From IMG/VR virus record IMGVR_UViG_3300043449_000987, positions 1-64,000 of that record: a stretch of 64,000 nucleotides of DNA. The stretch is one strand, 5' to 3'. Every line of letters starts with the position of its first letter. Within the stretch, counting starts at the first letter, position 1. This document shows, piece after piece, positions 1 to 9,045 of this stretch. The translations under genes were made by a program, and so were the position numbers. The stretch comes from a virus. The notes below the pieces were generated by a model. It saw nothing but the letters and a program-made list of their open reading frames with translations, was not told the origin of the DNA and searched no databases.

Positions 1-147
1 GTTAATGAGACAAACCGTTATCTTGCAGGGCAAAATAACATGAGTGAAGATCAGATTGAAGAGTATATTGCTCAAAGTCAAGAACAACTTAAGTTTATGA
101 ACGGTATTATCTATGATGCTCTAAAGCAAAATGGTGTTATAGTATAA
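1..147 (+). CDS. Hypothetical protein, 3' part (truncated by window edge)
   Basis: Frame 1 is open from base 1 to TAA at 145-147; the next gene starts at 150. Confidence 0.6.
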   Translation, partial: VNETNRYLAGQNNMSEDQIEEYIAQSQEQLKFMNGIIYDALKQNGVIV

Positions 148-149
148 AT

Positions 150-1376
150 ATGAAAGCAAATGAGATAAAGCCAACTCTAATCAAAAACATTTTAAGTGAA
201 GATGATTATGAGTATATATATAAAATTATAAATATTGCTTTATCTAAATCAAACAATAAGTACGAAAATTTTATAGTGCATGATAACGGAATGAAGAGAT
301 ATGTTTTTGGAGACAACTCCCCAGTTATTAAAAATTTAATAAAAACAGTAAAAGAGCACACTGGATATGATATTGAATCTGCTGGTGGATTTTTTGCTAG
401 ATACAATAAAGATGAAGGTGGCATTCCAAACCTACCACCACATTTTGACACATCTGGAAGCGGTTATGGATGTTTAACCTTTACAGCACAACTTGATTCA
501 AATATAGAATGGCCTATTTATATTTATGATGAAAAGGTTGAACTACAAAAAAATGAAGCAATAGTGTTTTCTGGTAACTCAAATATTCATTGGAGACCAG
601 ATATAGAGTTTAAAGAAGATTCATTCCTTGATATTTTTGTATGTCATTTCTTTTTGCCACCAACACAAGAAAACAAACTTGATCCAGACCATAATGAAAA
701 AATGCTTAAGCAAAGAATTGAGTATACGGAAAAATATAAAAAAGAATTTAATAAAACACAAAATTCAGACCTTGGTAAATACTATAAAGATTTCAAACCA
801 AGACTAATATCTAATATATTTACGCCAATAGAAATAGAGCAAATATATAAGGCAAGATTTGAAGATGCTATAAATAAAAAGATGCACGATGGCGGTTCAT
901 ATACATTTGCCGACCCATCTTGTGGTTATATAACATCAGTATATCCTTTACCAGAGAATATTAGAAAGAAACTTTTGCAGCACGTTCAAAATATTGCACT
1001 ATTTGTTGCAACAGAGGATGGAATTCATTGCCCTAGATATACTTTAGAATCTGGATCAAATCCACAACTAAAACCACACTATGATGTAGGTCTTAAAACT
1101 GCAGCACTAACGCTGAGTGTACAGTTAAAGCATACAAAGCCATGGAAGTTATATGTAAACGATGATGGATTTGACCTTAATTTTAATGAGGCTGTAATTT
1201 TTTCGGGAACACACCAAATTCATTGGCGACCTGATATAGAGTTCTCTAAAGACGACTATTATGATATTTTAGTATGTCAATACGTACCATTAGAAAGTCC
1301 GCTCCCTTTAACAGATGAGCATAGAGCGCATATGCAAAAGAAAGCGGACGACTATGTTAGAAAGTACTTTAATTAG
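150..1376 (+). CDS. Tandem two-domain 2OG-Fe(II) oxygenase (family A)
   Basis: Two internal repeats, each with RY..P.L.PH.D (HxD) and FSG...HWRP (distal His). Confidence 0.8.
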   Translation: MKANEIKPTLIKNILSEDDYEYIYKIINIALSKSNNKYENFIVHDNGMKRYVFGDNSPVIKNLIKTVKEHTGYDIESAGGFFARYNKDEGGIPNLPPHFDTSGSGYGCLTFTAQLDSNIEWPIYIYDEKVELQKNEAIVFSGNSNIHWRPDIEFKEDSFLDIFVCHFFLPPTQENKLDPDHNEKMLKQRIEYTEKYKKEFNKTQNSDLGKYYKDFKPRLISNIFTPIEIEQIYKARFEDAINKKMHDGGSYTFADPSCGYITSVYPLPENIRKKLLQHVQNIALFVATEDGIHCPRYTLESGSNPQLKPHYDVGLKTAALTLSVQLKHTKPWKLYVNDDGFDLNFNEAVIFSGTHQIHWRPDIEFSKDDYYDILVCQYVPLESPLPLTDEHRAHMQKKADDYVRKYFN

Positions 1377-1660
1377 TCTCTAACGACTGGGAACTTAACG
1401 TTTTCCAATGCCTCTACAAGAGGTGGATCAAGTTCAACAAACAACTTTGTAGTTGCTTCTCCAGTATTTGAGTTAATGTGAACGATCTTTGTTTCGAGCA
1501 AATCTGCTGTAGACTCAATTGTTTCAACATTATTTGCTAGTGTTTTTACGATAATAAGATAGTCGCAGAAATCCTTAAAAATAAAGTCCTTTGCCTTCTT
1601 GTTACCTTCTTGTGTTGTATACCAGTTTGTTTCTACAAACTGACCTTGTTCTAGTGCCAT
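1373..1660 (-). CDS. Hypothetical protein
   Basis: 95 aa ORF with AGGAG RBS. Confidence 0.6.
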   Translation of the reverse strand: MALEQGQFVETNWYTTQEGNKKAKDFIFKDFCDYLIIVKTLANNVETIESTADLLETKIVHINSNTGEATTKLFVELDPPLVEALENVKFPVVRD

Positions 1661-1718
1661 GAGATCTCCTATCTTTAGAACCTATTTAGTATAGCATAAA
1701 GTGTGATAAAATGGCTAT

Positions 1719-2405
1719 ATGAGTTCTCCAACACCAATAACACCATATGCAGAGTCCGATTTTTTCTCGGCGGAAGAGTACGACGCAATATATAAAACCA
1801 TTAATGACACAATGGAACTTGGAATTAAAGATTCTGGCGATAAGTGGCAACACTTTAAGAAAAATACCAATAACGGCTTTTGTGTCGTGTTTTTAAGTGA
1901 GCGCCGACAAGGTCCGCTTCCAGGATTACCTCAAAGTGTTGAAGATAGTATCCGAAATAAGTTCGAAAACGTCGCAGGAGGCCCTGTCGGACATATAGGC
2001 ATACTATGGGCTAGGTACACGCTTGAAAGCGGTGAATTGCCCACTTTAATGCCTCATCAGGACCGTTCTGAAACACATGTGGCATATATGTTTACAACAG
2101 AATTAGATTCAAACATCAAATGGGACTTTTATGTGGAAGATGAGAAGTTTGAGATGGCTAAAAACCAGGGTATTTGGTTTAGTGGTACTCACCAATCACA
2201 TTGGCGTCCAGATTATGATTTTAAAGAGGGGGATTACTATGATATTATCCTATGTCAAACACACCTATTATCAGATCCAAACCCTCTACCAGAAGAACAT
2301 TGGCTAGATGGCGATGATCATTCAAATGACGTATCAGAGAAGTATGCTGATGTATTAATGAATAGTCGTGCTAAGGCTGCTATGTTAAATGGTCCTTGTC
2401 AATAG
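1719..2405 (+). CDS. 2OG-Fe(II) oxygenase (family A)
   Basis: ARY..LPTLMPHQD and FSGTHQSHWRP motifs; TGATAAAAT just upstream of the ATG (leaderless). Confidence 0.8.
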   Translation: MSSPTPITPYAESDFFSAEEYDAIYKTINDTMELGIKDSGDKWQHFKKNTNNGFCVVFLSERRQGPLPGLPQSVEDSIRNKFENVAGGPVGHIGILWARYTLESGELPTLMPHQDRSETHVAYMFTTELDSNIKWDFYVEDEKFEMAKNQGIWFSGTHQSHWRPDYDFKEGDYYDIILCQTHLLSDPNPLPEEHWLDGDDHSNDVSEKYADVLMNSRAKAAMLNGPCQ

Positions 2406-2591
2406 TTAATCAGAGCAATTACAGCCATTACACTCACAAGATGAGGACATCTTTAGTTCCCCCGAAGTTTCTGGTCTTCCCAAATCCTCCCAAAACTTCT
2501 CTCTACCCATAGCATCTGTTTCTGCTATAGGCTTTGATTCAAATGAGAACTCCTCATCCCATGCATTTTCTAAATTGTCTAGTATTCCCAT
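2406..2591 (-). CDS. Hypothetical protein with Cys-rich C-terminus
   Basis: Start moved to MGILDNL, 7 nt after GGTATAAT; ends CECNGCNC. Confidence 0.55.
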   Translation of the reverse strand: MGILDNLENAWDEEFSFESKPIAETDAMGREKFWEDLGRPETSGELKMSSSCECNGCNCSD

Positions 2592-2744
2592 AGATTCATT
2601 ATACCGCAAAATCTGAAAAATTATAAAAATCCAATTTGGACAAAATCTGAATATTTTGTGTTTGTGTATGATACATGATTTGAATAGATCGTACTCAAAA
2701 ATATAGTGAGCACATGTTTTAGGGGACTACTACCTGCTCAGCGT

Positions 2745-2918
2745 TTATGCAACGCCTTGCAGATAACCATCTATTCCTAGCAGGTCGCATGTTATCTTAA
2801 CACGCTGATTTTTTAGTAATGTTGATTTATATAATTCAATAAAATCAAACACTTCCTGCTTATTGTTGAGATTGATATCTCTGGTGTTTCCTTGCATTGA
2901 TGTTATTCTTACTTTCAT
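2745..2918 (-). CDS. Small early protein, paralog of 5145-5327
   Basis: Hand translation MKVRITSMQGNTRDINLNNKQEVFDFIELYKSTLLKNQRVKITCDLLGIDGYLQGVA; not in the ORF track. Confidence 0.7.
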   Translation of the reverse strand: MKVRITSMQGNTRDINLNNKQEVFDFIELYKSTLLKNQRVKITCDLLGIDGYLQGVA

Positions 2919-3042
2919 TTTTTTCCTTTTCTAATTTGTCTTTGTACCATTGTGGATAGTGTGAGCGGTCATAGTTTTCTATAGTACCGCCATTGGCTAG
3001 GTGTGCCCTGCGCCTTTCTCTTTCGTTAATCAACGCACTCAC
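2860..3042 (-). CDS. Hypothetical small protein
   Basis: ORF track; overlaps both neighbours. Confidence 0.35.
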   Translation of the reverse strand: MSALINERERRRAHLANGGTIENYDRSHYPQWYKDKLEKEKNESKNNINARKHQRYQSQQ

Positions 3043-3136
3043 ATGGTTCTATTGAGTAATCATTGTTATCGCCAAAGAATACAACGCCATGACCTAAGCA
3101 TGTATCGCACTCTACTGAATAAACTGAGTTAATCAT
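3026..3136 (-). CDS. Small Cys-rich (CxxC..CxC) protein
   Basis: MINSVYSVECDTCLGHGVVFFGDNNDYSIEPCECVD with GAAAGGA RBS. Confidence 0.55.
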   Translation of the reverse strand: MINSVYSVECDTCLGHGVVFFGDNNDYSIEPCECVD

Positions 3137-3352
3137 TTATCTATCCTTTCTATTAGCAAAGACCCATTTACTTTCGTTAGGGCTTAGATACTTATGGGAT
3201 AGCAAACCCTTATCTGCTACCATATGGACATATGCCATGCGTGAGATATAGTTCCCATTAGCAAGGCGAAAGATATCGTTAGACTTAGTATTGCTACTAG
3301 CCATAGGGTGAGTAGGTTCTACTACTACTGTTATTTCATTTAGTGAAGTCAT
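3137..3352 (-). CDS. Hypothetical early protein
   Basis: GAAAGGAAG RBS with a promoter upstream. Confidence 0.65.
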   Translation of the reverse strand: MTSLNEITVVVEPTHPMASSNTKSNDIFRLANGNYISRMAYVHMVADKGLLSHKYLSPNESKWVFANRKDR

Positions 3353-3631
3353 TTTAACTTCCTTTCTTTTTTAACTGATAGGACTATCCTAGCAGAGGGG
3401 GCTGACATTTTGGCTACTTATTTGCTAAGGCTCACTGTGATTTATCTCACATTTATTTGCTTAGGCTCATTAGCCTCTTTGTCCTTTATTTAATTGTTAT
3501 AGTAGAATACTAGCAGATAAATCTCAAAAAGTCAAGTCCTAGCACGGCGTGTCGCATGTGATATATACCACAGGACATATAGGGCAAATCGGACATTGCC
3601 TCGGGATCTATGTGAGTTGGGTCACACACCC

Positions 3632-3748
3632 TTACCCTAAGATAAAGGCGGTGACTACTGCAATAGCGACACCTATAAATGCTCCAATAGGACCTGCTAC
3701 ATCTGCGTACATATCTAGCCAATCAATAAATGCTGTAAATGGGTTCAT
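3632..3748 (-). CDS. 38 aa single-TM membrane protein
   Basis: MNPFTAFIDWLDMYADVAGPIGAFIGVAIAVVTAFILG, GAAAGGT RBS, own TGCTATACT promoter. Confidence 0.65.
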   Translation of the reverse strand: MNPFTAFIDWLDMYADVAGPIGAFIGVAIAVVTAFILG

Positions 3749-4003
3749 GTTAGTTACCTTTCGTTTAGTAGTTATATCTTAACTATCTAATACTGGAAGT
3801 ATAGCAGGGGCTACTGACAAATGCAAGGCTATTTGATGTGGTGTTGCTCACATTTTTCTCGGGCAAAATGTGGTGTATCTCACAATCCCTTATGTACGGA
3901 ATGTCCGTTTTGTACCCCTGAATTTGTCAGTGGTCTATGTTAGACTTCTAGGTATAGAAGGTTGAGAAAGGTTCTTAACTACTAAAAAGAAAGGTGGTCT
4001 CAA

Positions 4004-4186
4004 ATGACTACACTAACAATTAACGAAGTATGTAAAACACATACACCTAATAAATCTGCTATCTCTATGGTAGGAGATGACCAATTCACATTCTGCGAAG
4101 TTTGTGAAAATAACATTGAGCGTTGGTATGATGATACTGACCCTGAGCGTCTACCTATGTGGACAAATTGGAAGGTGTCTAAATAA
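4004..4186 (+). CDS. Hypothetical zinc-binding early protein
   Basis: CxxH..CxxC; GAAAGGTGG RBS. Confidence 0.65.
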   Translation: MTTLTINEVCKTHTPNKSAISMVGDDQFTFCEVCENNIERWYDDTDPERLPMWTNWKVSK

Positions 4187-4359
4187 TGACTAATAGAATT
4201 TTTGAGCCTATGGCTACAGTAAATAATTATCCTAAAGGTATGATGAATACCTGCCCTTGTGGTCAGGTGGTCTTAGCACCTGCACAATACCACGAAGGTT
4301 TTCCTTGGTGGGAAAATCCTAATAAGTGTAAAGAATTATTTGAGGAGTTAAATAAATGA
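4186..4359 (+). CDS. Hypothetical small protein
   Basis: TAATG overlap with the previous gene; 57 aa with CPCG. Confidence 0.55.
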   Translation: MTNRIFEPMATVNNYPKGMMNTCPCGQVVLAPAQYHEGFPWWENPNKCKELFEELNK

Positions 4360-4617
4360 AAACACTTCAAGAAAAATTAGATGAGGCTGCAAAAGCCTTA
4401 GAACCAATTTTATGGGAAACACTAAAAGAAATTGAGGAAAACTAAAATGGAAAAAGATATTTTCGAATTTGAAAAAGCAATAAATTTAGATCATCTTAAT
4501 TTAGAACAACTAAAAGAATTAGAAAAACTTTTAGAAAAAATAAAGTGATTTAATTTTCAACTAAAAATGCTCGGGGCGTTTGTGGCGTAAATCACATTTA
4601 AGTTACGGCGTGTCGTC

Positions 4618-4646
4618 TTGACTTTTGGAACTTTGTATGCTAGACT
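4618..4646 (+). promoter_or_regulatory. Primary-sigma promoter TTGACT-17-TAGACT
   Basis: Consensus match, preceded by ACGGCGTGTCG and a CRP-type box. Confidence 0.65.
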
Positions 4647-4931
4647 TACGGAGTAAGAAAATAAAGAAAGGTGGTATCTAACTATGGGATACATTGAAAT
4701 TTTTAGACTTGACGAGCAGGGTGCTGGTTGGGTTGATTTATCTGAGGCTACCCCTCAAGAATTGCTAGACCTAGAAATAGGCTTGTTTCAAGAGGGTGCG
4801 TTGTGATTAACCTCACACCCCTTGAGCGTCTCACTTATTGAGATAATCTGGCTAGGATTTGATTTCTAGCCCCCAAAATGCTAAACTAGATACATAAAGA
4901 AAAAAGAAAGTCTCTTGAAAGGAGAACTTAA

Positions 4932-5132
4932 ATGTCAGCAAATGTCTATTCAATAGAAAGCCTACTTGTAGGAAAAACTTATAACTCAAAAACTCTAACA
5001 GGTGAAATTGTTTCAGCAGAGAAACACCCTCACGCAGTTTGGTATCAGGATTGCGAAAGTTATCTTGTAGAAATTCGCAAGCCTTTAGGTGGATACACTT
5101 ATCGCACTATCGCAGTAAAAGTTTCAGAATAA
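4932..5132 (+). CDS. Small beta-barrel (SH3/KOW-like) early protein
   Basis: GKTYNSKTLTGEIVS resembles 7951 and 8224; GAAAGGAG RBS. Confidence 0.6.
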   Translation: MSANVYSIESLLVGKTYNSKTLTGEIVSAEKHPHAVWYQDCESYLVEIRKPLGGYTYRTIAVKVSE

Positions 5133-5144
5133 GAAAGGAAAACT

Positions 5145-5327
5145 ATGTCATACACAATTCAACTAGAAACTTTTAGTGGAGACACTAAAAAAATTAACCT
5201 ACCTTCAAAAGGTGCGGTTGCTCAATTCATCTCAACTTATCCAACACAACTACCTGTTGGAATTTCTGTAAAAGTATCTTGCGACGCTTTAGGTGTTCGT
5301 GGAACTTTGCGAGGTGTTGCTAAATGA
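5145..5327 (+). CDS. Small early protein, paralog of 2745-2918
   Basis: Shared G.T..INL..K..V..FI..Y...VK..CD.LG..G.L.GVA. Confidence 0.7.
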   Translation: MSYTIQLETFSGDTKKINLPSKGAVAQFISTYPTQLPVGISVKVSCDALGVRGTLRGVAK

Positions 5328-5581
5328 TGACTCGTAAAGACTATATAGAAGTAGCAAAAATTATTTCTAAACATTCAAAAGGTGAGCACTGCCGTCTTGA
5401 TGTGCTAACTGATGATTTTGCTTTTTGGTTTGCAGAAGATAACCCACGATTTAATATGGAAAAATTTTTGGAGGCTTGTAATGAATAGATTTCTAACTTC
5501 ACTAGTGCAATTATTTTTGTGGTTGCCAATTCTTTTTATTATTCGTGAATTAATAAAAGAAAAATTCACTAAATAAAGTGA

Positions 5582-5609
5582 TCACCTAAGCAAGTGAATA
5601 AACTGCTTG
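5582..5609 (+). ncRNA. H-type pseudoknot motif, copy 1
   Basis: TCAC-CTAAGCAA-GTGA-ATAAAC-TGCTTG. Confidence 0.7.
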
Positions 5610-5637
5610 AAATTTCAACTAAAAATGGGCCGAGGCG

Positions 5638-5658
5638 TTTTCCACAGGTTGTGGATAA
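5638..5658. promoter_or_regulatory. Inverted pair of DnaA boxes
   Basis: TTTTCCACA (1 mismatch) and TGTGGATAA (perfect TTATCCACA on the minus strand). Confidence 0.55.
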
Positions 5659-6033
5659 CCTTACGTTAATGTGTTTAAGATCACAGAGATTTTTCTACTG
5701 AATTACGGCGTGTCGTTTGAGATTGTCAGCCTTATCTGATAGGCTTGATTTATCAAGACGAAAGGAAAACTATGAGAGACTACTACGATGAATTCTTTGA
5801 CGACTACTATGCAAGCGTTGAGCGTGTTAGCGTGTCTGATTGCTATTGCAAGATAAATAGTGTATGCTCATATTGTATGAAAGGATATAACTAATGGGAA
5901 ACTTTATTGAGGCTCTTTGTATTGACTGCAGAGAAAACTTGGAGATTGACGGCTTCCGTTGCTTTGAGTGTTCACTTGACCACGACTACTCAGATGAGTT
6001 AGACTTAGAACTTACACTAGATTGGACAGAATA

Positions 6034-6243
6034 ATGGAATATAACTACTCACTAACTATCTCCTATGACGGAGAATTGGTATCAACAACACGCACCGCAG
6101 ATATGCTTGAAATTGTATCTGCTTGGAATAAATGTGTAGACTTTGGAGATGCTAAAGAATACGCAACCTATAACTTGTCAGACCCTATTGGCAAAATGTA
6201 TACTAAGACCTTCTATCGCAACGGAAATGTGAGTGTGAAATAA
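6034..6243 (+). CDS. Hypothetical early protein
   Basis: ORF in a tightly packed operon. Confidence 0.6.
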   Translation: MEYNYSLTISYDGELVSTTRTADMLEIVSAWNKCVDFGDAKEYATYNLSDPIGKMYTKTFYRNGNVSVK

Positions 6244-6244
6244 T

Positions 6245-6535
6245 ATGGGAAGTGTAACAGCACTAGGAATTAAAGATGCAGTATTAGACCTAGAAACACA
6301 ATTACTTTATCACCTTAAGGGTAATCACTATCCTCCAGTCCCTGCAGAAATGGTAAAACCTTGTATTGAGGCTATTGACGCATACTATGACGAGGACTAT
6401 AATCGTATGATTGATATGCCAATGGTTGGTGACTTTCAGATTACCTATAAAGGAAATAAGCAAGCACCTGCACACGCTATCGTAGAGCAACACCACCTAG
6501 AATGGTTTATTGACCCAGTAGATGGAGAGGAATAA
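6245..6535 (+). CDS. Phage hypothetical protein
   Basis: HLKGNHYPPVP..CIEAI..HHL, possible metal ligands. Confidence 0.65.
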   Translation: MGSVTALGIKDAVLDLETQLLYHLKGNHYPPVPAEMVKPCIEAIDAYYDEDYNRMIDMPMVGDFQITYKGNKQAPAHAIVEQHHLEWFIDPVDGEE

Positions 6536-6536
6536 A

Positions 6537-6779
6537 ATGGGTGCTACAATGTTAAACATGGAATTTAAAAAGGTTGATGTACTTAATGTTGATCAATTAG
6601 AAATTGGTGACTATATTTCCATTCAAGATGAAATTGTTGAGGTAACAGGAATTACTCCTTTGCCTAATGGTTATGCAATAATGTTTCTTGACTCATATGA
6701 TGAGGAAGATTTAATTGAAGTTGATGACTATGCAACTTTTAAATGGTATGTCCTAGTTGAGGATAACCTAGAGCCTTAA
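6537..6779 (+). CDS. Hypothetical acidic protein (SH3-like)
   Basis: VDQLEIGDYI motif; GAGG RBS. Confidence 0.55.
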   Translation: MGATMLNMEFKKVDVLNVDQLEIGDYISIQDEIVEVTGITPLPNGYAIMFLDSYDEEDLIEVDDYATFKWYVLVEDNLEP

Positions 6780-7004
6780 AGGCCCCGAGCAATTTGTCCT
6801 AAATGTCCGTTTTAAGAGAGTTGACATTTTTCTTTAAGTCTGCTAGTATTATTATATGAGACAGCAAAAGACCCCTGAACAATTACGTAAACTAATGGAG
6901 TTACGTAGATCTAATGCTGCTACCCCACTAAAAAATAAGAAAAAATACAATAGACAAAGTGCTAAAAAAATGTTAAAATTAGATATAGTAGAAAGAGACC
7001 CCTC

Positions 7005-7724
7005 ATGAAACTAAAACGCTCAAATGATAGAAAGGTGGCTAACCTTGTCACAAAAAATGGAAAGCAAGCAGCAATCGCTAACACTTTCGGACTACCTGCT
7101 GGAAAAAATTTCTCGTGCCCTGGTGCCACTAGTGTTTGTGAGAGCGTTTGCTACGCAGGAAAACTTGAAAAGTTATTCAAAGGAGTAAAGGCCAATCTTC
7201 TTCACAATTGGGACCTGCTCAAGGATGAAGATATTCAAGGCATGTACACTTTACTTTCTGAGATGATAGCAGATTTTAAAGCAGACTGTATCAAGAAAGA
7301 CGCCCCTATGCTATTTCGCATTCACTGGGACGGTGACTTCTTTAACGATGACTACGCTAACGCATGGCGTATGGTTATTGAAGAACAACCTGATATTCAA
7401 TTCTGGGTATACACTCGTGTAAAGTCTGCAGCGCTTATCCTAAAAGACATTCCTAACTTGTCACTTTATTTTAGTACTGATAGCGAAAATGTTAAAACAG
7501 GTGTAGAACTAAAAAATAAAAATGGTGTTCGACTTGCATACCTTGCTAAGAATTTTGCTATTGGTCAAGCAGATATGAAAGAATTAATTGGCAAGCCTGG
7601 TGCTAAGTGTCCTGAGAACAATAAACAAATTCCGCTTATCTCTAGCAATGGGTCCGCTTGCGTTTCGTGCTCACTTTGTGTATACTCTAAAAGTGATATT
7701 GTATTTAGCGCTAGTAAAAAATAA
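7005..7724 (+). CDS. GP88-like Cys-rich (possible Fe-S) phage protein
   Basis: CPGATSVCESVCYA, FRIHWDGDF, FWVYTR, CPE..ACVSCSLC. Confidence 0.7.
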   Translation: MKLKRSNDRKVANLVTKNGKQAAIANTFGLPAGKNFSCPGATSVCESVCYAGKLEKLFKGVKANLLHNWDLLKDEDIQGMYTLLSEMIADFKADCIKKDAPMLFRIHWDGDFFNDDYANAWRMVIEEQPDIQFWVYTRVKSAALILKDIPNLSLYFSTDSENVKTGVELKNKNGVRLAYLAKNFAIGQADMKELIGKPGAKCPENNKQIPLISSNGSACVSCSLCVYSKSDIVFSASKK

Positions 7725-7950
7725 ATGAAAACGTTTTTGTTTATTTTACTTTGGTTATTTTATTTATTTTTGTTGCAGTAAATCCCCTGCGATCTGCTGA
7801 AAAATCTCGGGGGCAAAATCTTTGCTTTGTCAAGTTACGACACGCTGTTAAGATGTGGGGTTTATCACACTGGAAAATGTCATTTGGATTGGTATTTTTG
7901 ACATTTTTTCGCTATACTTAATACATACCCAAACGAAAGGAAAGACCCCT

Positions 7951-8121
7951 ATGACACTCCACGGATACACTTACCAAATTGGTGATTTATTCACAACAAG
8001 CAAGACAGGCGTTACAGGTCGTATCGCAGGTTTCACACCAATGTCTAATAAGGTTACCAGAGTTAGTCTAATCTTGGCAAATGGCTCACAACGCCTTGCT
8101 ATGGTAAAGACTTCTAAGTAA
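7951..8121 (+). CDS. Small SH3/KOW-like protein
   Basis: True start MTLHGY after GAAAGGA; YQIGD.FTT.KTGVTGRI. Confidence 0.7.
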   Translation: MTLHGYTYQIGDLFTTSKTGVTGRIAGFTPMSNKVTRVSLILANGSQRLAMVKTSK

Positions 8122-8152
8122 TCTCAAAATGTGAGAAATGTCAGAAATGGAT

Positions 8153-8182
8153 TTGACATTTTTCTCTCAAAAATGTTATACT
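8153..8182 (+). promoter_or_regulatory. Promoter TTGACA-18-TATACT with extended -10
   Basis: Consensus match; TCTCA-N5-TGAGA palindrome at 8122-8136. Confidence 0.7.
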
Positions 8183-8223
8183 AATAATGTAAGCAAAACC
8201 CCTAACAGAAAAGGAAAAACAAA

Positions 8224-8391
8224 ATGGCAGTAGCAACAGCAACATACAAGGTAGGAGATACCTACACAACACAAAAGTCAAAGATTACAGGAACAATTCT
8301 TGAAATCACACCTAACAAGACAGGCGACAGCGTTCGTGTTAAGTTAGATGTAAATGGCGCAACACGCTACACAACTTGGACAGCCAAGTAA
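8224..8391 (+). CDS. Small SH3/KOW-like protein, paralog of 7951-8121
   Basis: MAVATATYKVGDTYTTQKSKITGTILEITPNKTGDSVRVKLDVNGATRYTTWTAK; not in the ORF track. Confidence 0.75.
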   Translation: MAVATATYKVGDTYTTQKSKITGTILEITPNKTGDSVRVKLDVNGATRYTTWTAK

Positions 8392-8401
8392 ATTGACAAA
8401 A

Positions 8402-8433
8402 ATCTCCTGAGTATGAGATACTTAAACTGCTCA
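8402..8433 (+). ncRNA. H-type pseudoknot motif, copy 2
   Basis: ATCTC-CTGAGTAT-GAGAT-ACTTAAAC-TGCTCA. Confidence 0.75.
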
Positions 8434-8468
8434 CTCACCCCCAACTAATAGAAAAGGAAACAGACCCA

Positions 8469-8891
8469 ATGGCAAGAGGAAAAGCAATTAGCGTTAAAAT
8501 CGCTACACCTAAAGTAATCAAGGCACTAGAAACTCGTCTAGCACAACTAGAAAAAGACTATGCTACACAAGGCGAGAACGAAGCAAAGTATCAGAAGTCA
8601 GTAGAAAAGTGGCGTAAGGAAATTGGCAAGTGGGCTATTGACCACTTCTCAAAGGCTGAGAACCTTCGCACAAACTATCGTTCTTGGAACAAAACTCTCA
8701 ATGTAGATTTTGACATCATAGTCAATGAAAAGGATTTTCCAGCAGAGCCTGAAAAAGACTTTGAGACAATTCATCAGCACACCTACAATGAGATGAAAGA
8801 GGAAATGACGAACGCAATTCGTATCCTCAAGATGACAGATGAGGAAGTTGTAAATACTTCCACATACAATGCGGTGGCTCGTTATCTATAA
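8469..8891 (+). CDS. Hypothetical early protein (coiled coil)
   Basis: 140 aa with strong RBS. Confidence 0.75.
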   Translation: MARGKAISVKIATPKVIKALETRLAQLEKDYATQGENEAKYQKSVEKWRKEIGKWAIDHFSKAENLRTNYRSWNKTLNVDFDIIVNEKDFPAEPEKDFETIHQHTYNEMKEEMTNAIRILKMTDEEVVNTSTYNAVARYL

Positions 8892-8903
8892 TTAGATAAT
8901 AAA

Positions 8904-8931
8904 CGACCTGAGTATGTCGCTAAACTACTCA
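8904..8931 (+). ncRNA. H-type pseudoknot motif, copy 3
   Basis: CGAC-CTGAGTAT-GTCG-CTAAAC-TACTCA. Confidence 0.75.
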
Positions 8932-9045
8932 ACACGACCACAGAAATGCGTGTATAAATAAATAGAGTGGAAAATTCGCCAGGCTGATTAGGGCGATGAT
9001 AGAAATACTATAGAGCAAGGGTACTGCAGCCCTAAAGAAGCAGAC
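8932..9045 (+). ncRNA. Candidate structured ncRNA between pseudoknot copies 3 and 4
   Basis: Stems ACACG/CGTGT, TCGCC/GGCGA, ATAG-AAATA-CTAT and CTGC/GCAG; loop complementarity GGCTG/CAGCC. Confidence 0.45.

Noticed and set aside
3091-3104. GACCTAAGCATGT as another pseudoknot copy
   Set aside because: It is antisense within a coding region (CLGH codons) and has no downstream P2' partner
8976-9045. Hammerhead or pistol ribozyme
   Set aside because: CTGATTA is not the CUGANGA core; TTAGGG/CCCTAA recalls pistol but the surrounding stems do not fit
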